The translations under genes were made by a program, and so were the position numbers. A DNA stretch of 36,870 nucleotides from Priapulus caudatus (taxonomy: Eukaryota), in the NCBI RefSeq assembly GCF_000485595.1, contig NW_014577062.1, forward strand, positions 1,491,326 through 1,528,195, written 5' to 3'. Below are positions 24,401 through 31,817 of the stretch, in pieces (the first letter of the stretch is position 1; each line of letters begins with the position of its first letter). Under the pieces are notes generated by a model, which worked only from the letters and a program-made list of their open reading frames with translations, searched no databases and had not been told where the DNA came from.

Positions 24401-27400
24401 GTGATCTGAAAGAAACACATGAGATGTCACACGGGCAGAGAAAACACGTTAATAAGTGCGCGCTTGTGTGATGCCGCATTTCGCAGTGTCGGGTATCTGA
24501 AGAAACACATGCCAGAACGTCATACGGCGAGAGAAACCGATAAGTGCGAGTGTGTAATGCCGCCTTCTGCAAACATCGGGAAATCTGAAGACACCCTGAG
24601 AACTCACACGCGAGAGAAACCATATAAGTTGCGATCTGTGTGATGCCACCTTCTCAGTCGCGAGTGCTTTGAAAAAAACACACGAGAACGCACACGCGGA
24701 GAGAAACCGTATTAAGTGTGGTCTGTGGTGTTACGCATCACAACATCGGACTGCTCTGAAGACACATATAGAGACTCACGACGGGAAGAAACCGTAATAA
24801 ATGCCAAGCTGTGTTGATGCCTGCTTCATACAATCGGCCGTTCACTGGAAGGCCTACACATGAGAACTCACACGGAGAGAAACAGTATACAGTGCGATCT
24901 GTGTGACTGCTACCTTTCACTACTTGGAGCATGTGAAACGTCACCTTGAGAACTCACACTCAAGAGCAAAAGCCGTATAAGTGCGAGCTGGTGTGATGCC
25001 TGGCCTTCTCATTTGGGTAATATGAAGACACATCTGAGAACTCAACGGTAGAGAAACCATATAAGTGCGATTTTGTGTGAGATGCTGCCTTCTCAAAGAT
25101 TTCGCGTGCTGTTGAAAAACACACGGAGAACGCACACGAGGTGAGAAACCAGTATAAGTGTGAGCTGTGTGGATGCTACCCCAGTGGGCTACACGACGTT
25201 GTTTCAACGTTGAATCTTGGTTGAAACTACGTCATGACGTCGATCACCGAGAATACGACGTTGATTCAACTTCGAAATGTAGAACGTCTATTCAACGTTG
25301 AAACTGACGATTGTTTTCAACGTTATATATTGGTTGAAATTAGGTTGCGTCTTTACCCACCAAAATACAACGTCTATCAACGTTGAAATGTACAACGTCT
25401 ATTCAACGTTGAAACCATAACGTTGTTTCAACGTTATATATTCGTTGAAATTAGGTTGCGTTTTTCCCACCAAAAATACAACGTCTATTCAACGTTGAAA
25501 TGTACAACGTCTATTCAACGTTGAAACCATAATGTTGTTTCAACGTTATATATTGGTTGAAATTAGCTTGAGTCTTACCCACCAAAAATACAACGTCTAT
25601 TCAACGTTGAAATTTACAACGTCTATTCAACGTTGAAACCATAACGTTGTATCAACGTTATGTATTGGTTGAAATTAGCTTGCGTTTTTACCCACCAAAA
25701 ATACAACGCTATTCAACGTTGAAAGTGTACAACGTCTATTCAACGTTGAAACCATAACGTTGTTTCAACGTTATATATTGGTTGAAATTAGGTTACGTTT
25801 TACCCACCAAAAATACAACATCTACTCAACGTTGAAGTGTACAACGTCTATTCAACGTTGAAACCATAACATTGTTCAACGTTATATATTAGTTGAAATT
25901 AGCTTGCGTTTTTACCCACCAAAAAATACAACGTCTATTCAATGTTGAAATGTACAACGTCTATTCACGTTGAAACTGACGTTGTTTCAACATTGAATAT
26001 TGGTTGAAGTTATGTTGCGATATTGGACACTATACAAAATAAATTGTCGATTTATCGTTGAAATGTACAACGTCTATTCAACGTTGAAATGTCAATGTCT
26101 ATTCAACGTTAAAATTATACGTTGTTTCAACGTTGAATATTGGTTGAAATTATGTTGCGGTTTTGGAAACCAAAATGCAACGTCTATTATGATTGTGTTG
26201 TGATTTGTACACCAGAAGTCCGTCCGTTCGTTTGTTTGAAAATATGTTACGATATGCCACAATGCCAATTAGAATGTCAAAAAAAATTATTTTGGTATAC
26301 TATTAGCACATATTATTATTATTATTATTATATTATTATTATAATATTATTATATTATTATATTATTATAGATATATATATATTATATATATATATTATA
26401 GTATTATATATTATATATATATATATTATATATATATTATATTATTATTATAATATTATTATATTATTATATTATTATTATTATAATATTATTATTAGCT
26501 AAATCTATAAAAAAGAAATATAGATATCTACGGGAATCGAACCCTGGCTAACTGAAGATACACTCGCTATAATTAGCTCATGTCCCAGCATGCTCTTCAA
26601 CGTTGTTGCTAGCTGTTGCTATAAATATATATAGCGCGCCTCGCACAAAGAGCAAAGCAGTTGATGAGAGAGTTTGCTGGTTGGGATCCATCGAAGCACG
26701 CTATAATTACACGGTAAGTAAGCTGTTTCTGTATCACGTACATTCCCTTCATTGAACTTTGAAGACTATTACCTACGAGGTTACGCACGCCGCTATGCAC
26801 AGACAACATCAATAAAGAGAGAACAAGAACAATTAGAATCTTAATTTATCTTGTTGTCTGTGGCTGTGCACAGCGGCCGGCATGCACATATGTGTGTGTT
26901 GCAGAGGCGCATTTGAACGGCATTTACAGGAAGTTATCGACTATATTAGGCGAAAGAGAGTAGAGAACGTACATTAATGAGACTTAATTTAGTAGTATAT
27001 ATTTCGTGTTTATATTTACCATCATTTTATGATTGAAACGTTCCAATTACTTATCGTGTCTGCGCGTACGTACGACCGTTGGCGATCCCCGCGCGTTCCG
27101 CGTAGACGGGCACCTGCCCGGTTCCGCTGTACTGTAATCACTAGCAGCGCTAGCGCGCAGCTAACAGGACGCAACCAAGGGTAAGACTATATATAGGACT
27201 TTTTATAGGTACTAGCCGTGTAGCGCGAGTGATTATATGATTATCGCGAACGTGCCAGATATAGCATATAGGGCCAGTTGCATATTATATTGAATAAGTT
27301 GTGTGCGTGCATGTGCGTGTCCGTGCGCGTGCATGGGTATATATTACTAATACCATTAGTGAGCGTGTGTGTGTTTGTGTGTGTGCGTTCGTGAGTGTAT

Positions 27401-30400
27401 GCGTGTGTGCGTGCGTGCATTTGCGAGTGACGTAAGTTAATTTTGTGTGGTTCACGCGGTCACCGTACAGCTGTAAGTGCAGCTTAATGTTATTGAATAT
27501 ACGATGCGTATGTGTATGCGCGCACGTATACAGGGGTCGAAATTATATTTTTATTATGGTACGGTATCCATTCGGGATACCAGGTATTGAAATCTGGTAT
27601 CCCCCCCAAAGATTTGGTATCCCATTTTTTGGATAGTAATTTTAACTTGCGTAGTAAAAGTAAGTTTGCCCTTGAAACTCTCATCGCTCGCGTTCATTTT
27701 ACATACGCCCCACAGTACACTGCAGACATGCGTATTGTCTCTAGCATTGCTGTATAACGCTAGAGTGGCCTGCGCCCGCTCAGATTTAGACGATTTTTTT
27801 TACTATTCCGGCGGGATATACCATGCAAGCATTGAAATCTGGTATCCAACACAAGAATCTACTATCCCGCGGATATCGGCATACCGCTAATTTCGACCCC
27901 GTGGTATACATGATATGTGTATACATTCACTTCAATCGTTATTCACTTCTTAAAAGATTGTTTTTCAGAAACCCCGCTTCATTTAACTTTAGTAAATTAC
28001 GTTCGCCATTTACAAACAATCAGACCAATCAGAGCGAGTCTTACAATAGCCCCTGGTTCTCGCTTGTATCTGTGGCGCTGCAGGAGGCCTGATAGACTAG
28101 CTCTGATTGGTCTGATTGTTTGTAAATGGCGAACGTAATTTACTAAAGTTAAATGAAGCGGGGTTTCTGAAAAACAATCTTTTAAGAAGTGAATGTATAC
28201 ACATATCAGTAGCAAGGTAAAGCCATGTAGAAGGGAACGGTAGGTTTTTGTTCGCGGCAATAGCGGCGTACGGGCCGCATTAGCAGCGCATGCATTTTGC
28301 ATGCGATCTCACAAAATTTCAATGAACCCCGTTCTGTCCCAATAACCCTCACCAAAATATAAAAAAGGTTATATGGGACAGAATTATTCGGTCTAAGTTT
28401 CTACTTGCCGTAGCAATGCTTTGGAGTTTGTAGTGAAAACATACAACGTTACATACTATATACACATACAATATATACATACAATATAAAATACATAATT
28501 CCTGTGTTCTTTATCAAATTCACTAATTAAGTGCCTTGTATTCTGGGCTGTAGTCTGGAAGAGGAATGATCCTAGAATCGCAAACGGCACCTTTCGTTGA
28601 CATTAATCATAATCAAAATGAAGTGAAACCTCGCTACTTCTCTCTCACGCAGCGTCGGCGGGCAGTCTCATCGATGACGACGACGTATTCGACTATGACA
28701 CGACGCCGAGCTTCGACGAGCGGCCAGCAGGGGCAGGGGGCCCCGCGCGTGGCGACCTCGCGTCCTCATTGCACGGCGGCAGTAACGGGCAGCTTGTCTC
28801 TCCCACCAGCAGTGTCGACGCCGCCACGCCTCGCTTGACCCACGCTACCGCCGTCGCCACGCCTCGCTCGACCCACGCTGCCGCCGTCGGGCGCGTCCAT
28901 CTGGGTTCGAACGGGTCGGAAATCGAGATCTCGGTAGAGACAGGTCGCGGGGCAGCGCCAACGCATCGGCCACCCGTCGCCCGCGGCGACGGCGATGACG
29001 ATGGCGCGGACACGCCGCGAACGATGCAGCAGACGTACGAGGCGCTGGAGGCAGAGTTCCGGCGGATGTGGAATGACGAACGTGGCGGCGTGACGACGAC
29101 GACGACCGACGCATCGTCCACGCCGGTTGAAGCACGATGCCACGTCGCGGCCGCTCCGCACGCACGACAACGGAACAGGGTCACACTGATCCCCGTGCGT
29201 GAGTCATCGATGCGATGGCGCGCCAACAGAAATGCAAGACGAGAGAACGGAGGAGGCAGCGGGATGCACGACGGCGACTCCCCGCAGAGCGCGCCACCGT
29301 CAACGTCGACGATGCGGCCTCGTCCGAAGCCGCCGCCGCCGCCGTTAGACGTCGACTTTGTCACAATGAACAAGAACCCTCTGCTGCTGAGACAGCGGCG
29401 GCGAAGTCCGGAGAAGACCTACACGCAGCTTCACGGGACGAGACAGAGGAGGAGGAAGCTGGAGCCGACGAGACGCCTGGAGGCCTCACCGAGTTTCGCG
29501 GGAGACTGCCGCGGGATGTCTCGCACCTCTTCCAGCGTAGAGACGACGCAAGCGCCTCGCCGTGCCTTGCCGGGCGTCGAGACGGACCGAGGGGATGCCT
29601 CGCCACGGCATCGAGGTGGTCTGAAGCGAGGCGCGCCCTCCTCGGCTGCTCGACGGGATGCAAGCGTCCGCGATTGGCTCATGCAGACCGTGGAGGAGGC
29701 GGGGGAGGAGGGGGAAAAGACGGGCGATCGCGACCTTCCTCTACACTCCAGGGAGGAGCTGATGCACTATCTGCACGTGATGCGTGGTCAGCTTAACGAG
29801 CTTTCACATGGCCGGCGCGGCGTCGTTGGCTGCGCGGTCAGCGACGCCACATCAGAAGAGGAGCGTGTGACCGCAGATGTACGTAGAGCGATGCGCGTGA
29901 GTTACGTGGTCAGAGAAAATATAACAGACTGTCGAAATTTCATATATTTCGACTTTCATTTGGCTAGCGCTTTAATTATGATACTTGTCTTATATTTCTT
30001 TATTTTTTTCACCGATACATGCACGTACACACATATGTATATATATGTTAAAAAAACACCGATCAAATGTTGCTGTATATATGTTATACCTTGATCTATT
30101 TAGGCATCAAATCTTGGTTGTAACTCGTTAACAGGTGCTGGGTAGAGACAGCAGCGCGAATGCTGGGAAGAGAATGCACAGTGAGCAACAGACTCAGCCG
30201 GCAGTTCAGTTTCCGCCCATCCAACAGACGAGACAGATGTCGAGTGACAGGTATGACGCGTACTGCATAACTCCCCCTATCGCCTATAATATACAGTCAC
30301 ACCTCTATTAGGGATGGACACCTCTGTAGAACGCTGTCCGTAGATGACGCTATTGGGATTTCCCTTGAGTGACAGTTATACAGTGAAGCCATCTCTATAG

Positions 30401-31785
30401 AATAGATACCTGTCTATAAAGCACGCCTATCGAGAGTTTCTCTTTAGTGATCCTTATATACAGGTTTGACTTTATATAACAACCCGAACATTAACACACT
30501 AGAGGTAAAATCAGAGAGTAGAAAATAGTAGTTTTCACTAGACACGGCTAACAGCTCTGAACATAGCTCTATGTGTAACACATTTACTCTCAGAGGTGTG
30601 AGTGGAAGTATTCCCTCGTTTACAAAGCCACGCGAGGCAGCGAGATATTCGCTTCACGCTGGTAAAGTCTAGGGATGGCACGGCGATGATATCAGGTTGA
30701 TGGGTTTCCTAATCGACCGTTATCACTCCAGCTCTCCTGCCTACTCTGGACAGCGTGATGCGGCTACAACAGCTCAGATTGCACGCTGAATAATTAATGT
30801 GCCACTCCGAGATTGAATTGGGAGGTCAAGTAGAGGCTCAGTATACGCTCCCCTCCACAGCACGCGCAGCACGATCAACACACAGTAATCAAGTAGATAG
30901 TGGCAGGGCCCTGGATAAATAACACATTTTTCCCCGAAGTAATTTTTGCCCGAGTTATTAAGATGAACGTGCTATTTTGCCTTTACAACATGTACAACGT
31001 CATGCGTTTCTCTGAAAGTATGTCGATGTATATATTGTTTATTTACAAACATCGACGATGCTGGCGGACGTGTTAACGTTTCGTTGTGTGTTTTATGTGT
31101 CGTGTCATCGTTCCACAGCGAACCATCCAACTACGTGCAGGAGTACAGCTGCGCGAAACACAAACCTGACTACAGGCCTTACACGCTGAGAGACTTCCAC
31201 ACCATTAACCACGGCGTGAGGCTGGGAGGGCTGGGACCGGTCGTGGACACGGAGAAGGTAACCCACGACGTCGCCACCGTGGTGTTGAACGTGCAGATGT
31301 AACGTCAACTAACCGATACTCGCCCACGACATTTTCAATCTCTAACGTGACACATCTGTCACATCAACTGTGTCGTGGGGACCTGTCCAGTAGGCCCTGC
31401 AGCGCACAGGGCTCTGATATTCACACGACTTCCGAGGATACTCGCTGCCGACTTTCAATTTTCGTGATCAGCTGAGAATTATTTAACCAAAGAAATTTTC
31501 TTCCTAAAATCACACTTACAATCAAGCCTAATATCATGAGTGCTAACAATACAGGTAATTAAGTCTGTGATAAACCGCATATTTTGATTCATGCGCATAT
31601 ATATTATATACTGATGGCTGTGTGATACTATGTCTGCATGTCCAGTGCTTTCCTTTAATTGTTTATATGCCCAGTGTTTTTTCTACAATTGCCTGTGTGC
31701 AGTGTTGTCATATAATTACCTGTGTGCAGTGTTGTCATATAATTACCTGTGTGCAGTGTTGTCATATAATTACCTGTGTGCAGTG

Positions 31786-31817
<32 letters not shown>

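Noticed and set aside
25200..26190. CRISPR-like array (palindromic GTTTCAAC/GTTGAAAC repeats)
   Set aside because: Intervening sequences are themselves repeated rather than unique spacers, there are no cas genes, the context is spliceosomal, and the arrays end in TIRs.
26140..26502. Tyr/Ile-rich membrane-like ORF
   Set aside because: Translation of a (TAT)n microsatellite.
26525..26590. tRNA gene (reverse-strand B-box GGGTTCGATTCCCG)
   Set aside because: Only the T-loop motif is present and I cannot fold a cloverleaf; at most a SINE remnant.
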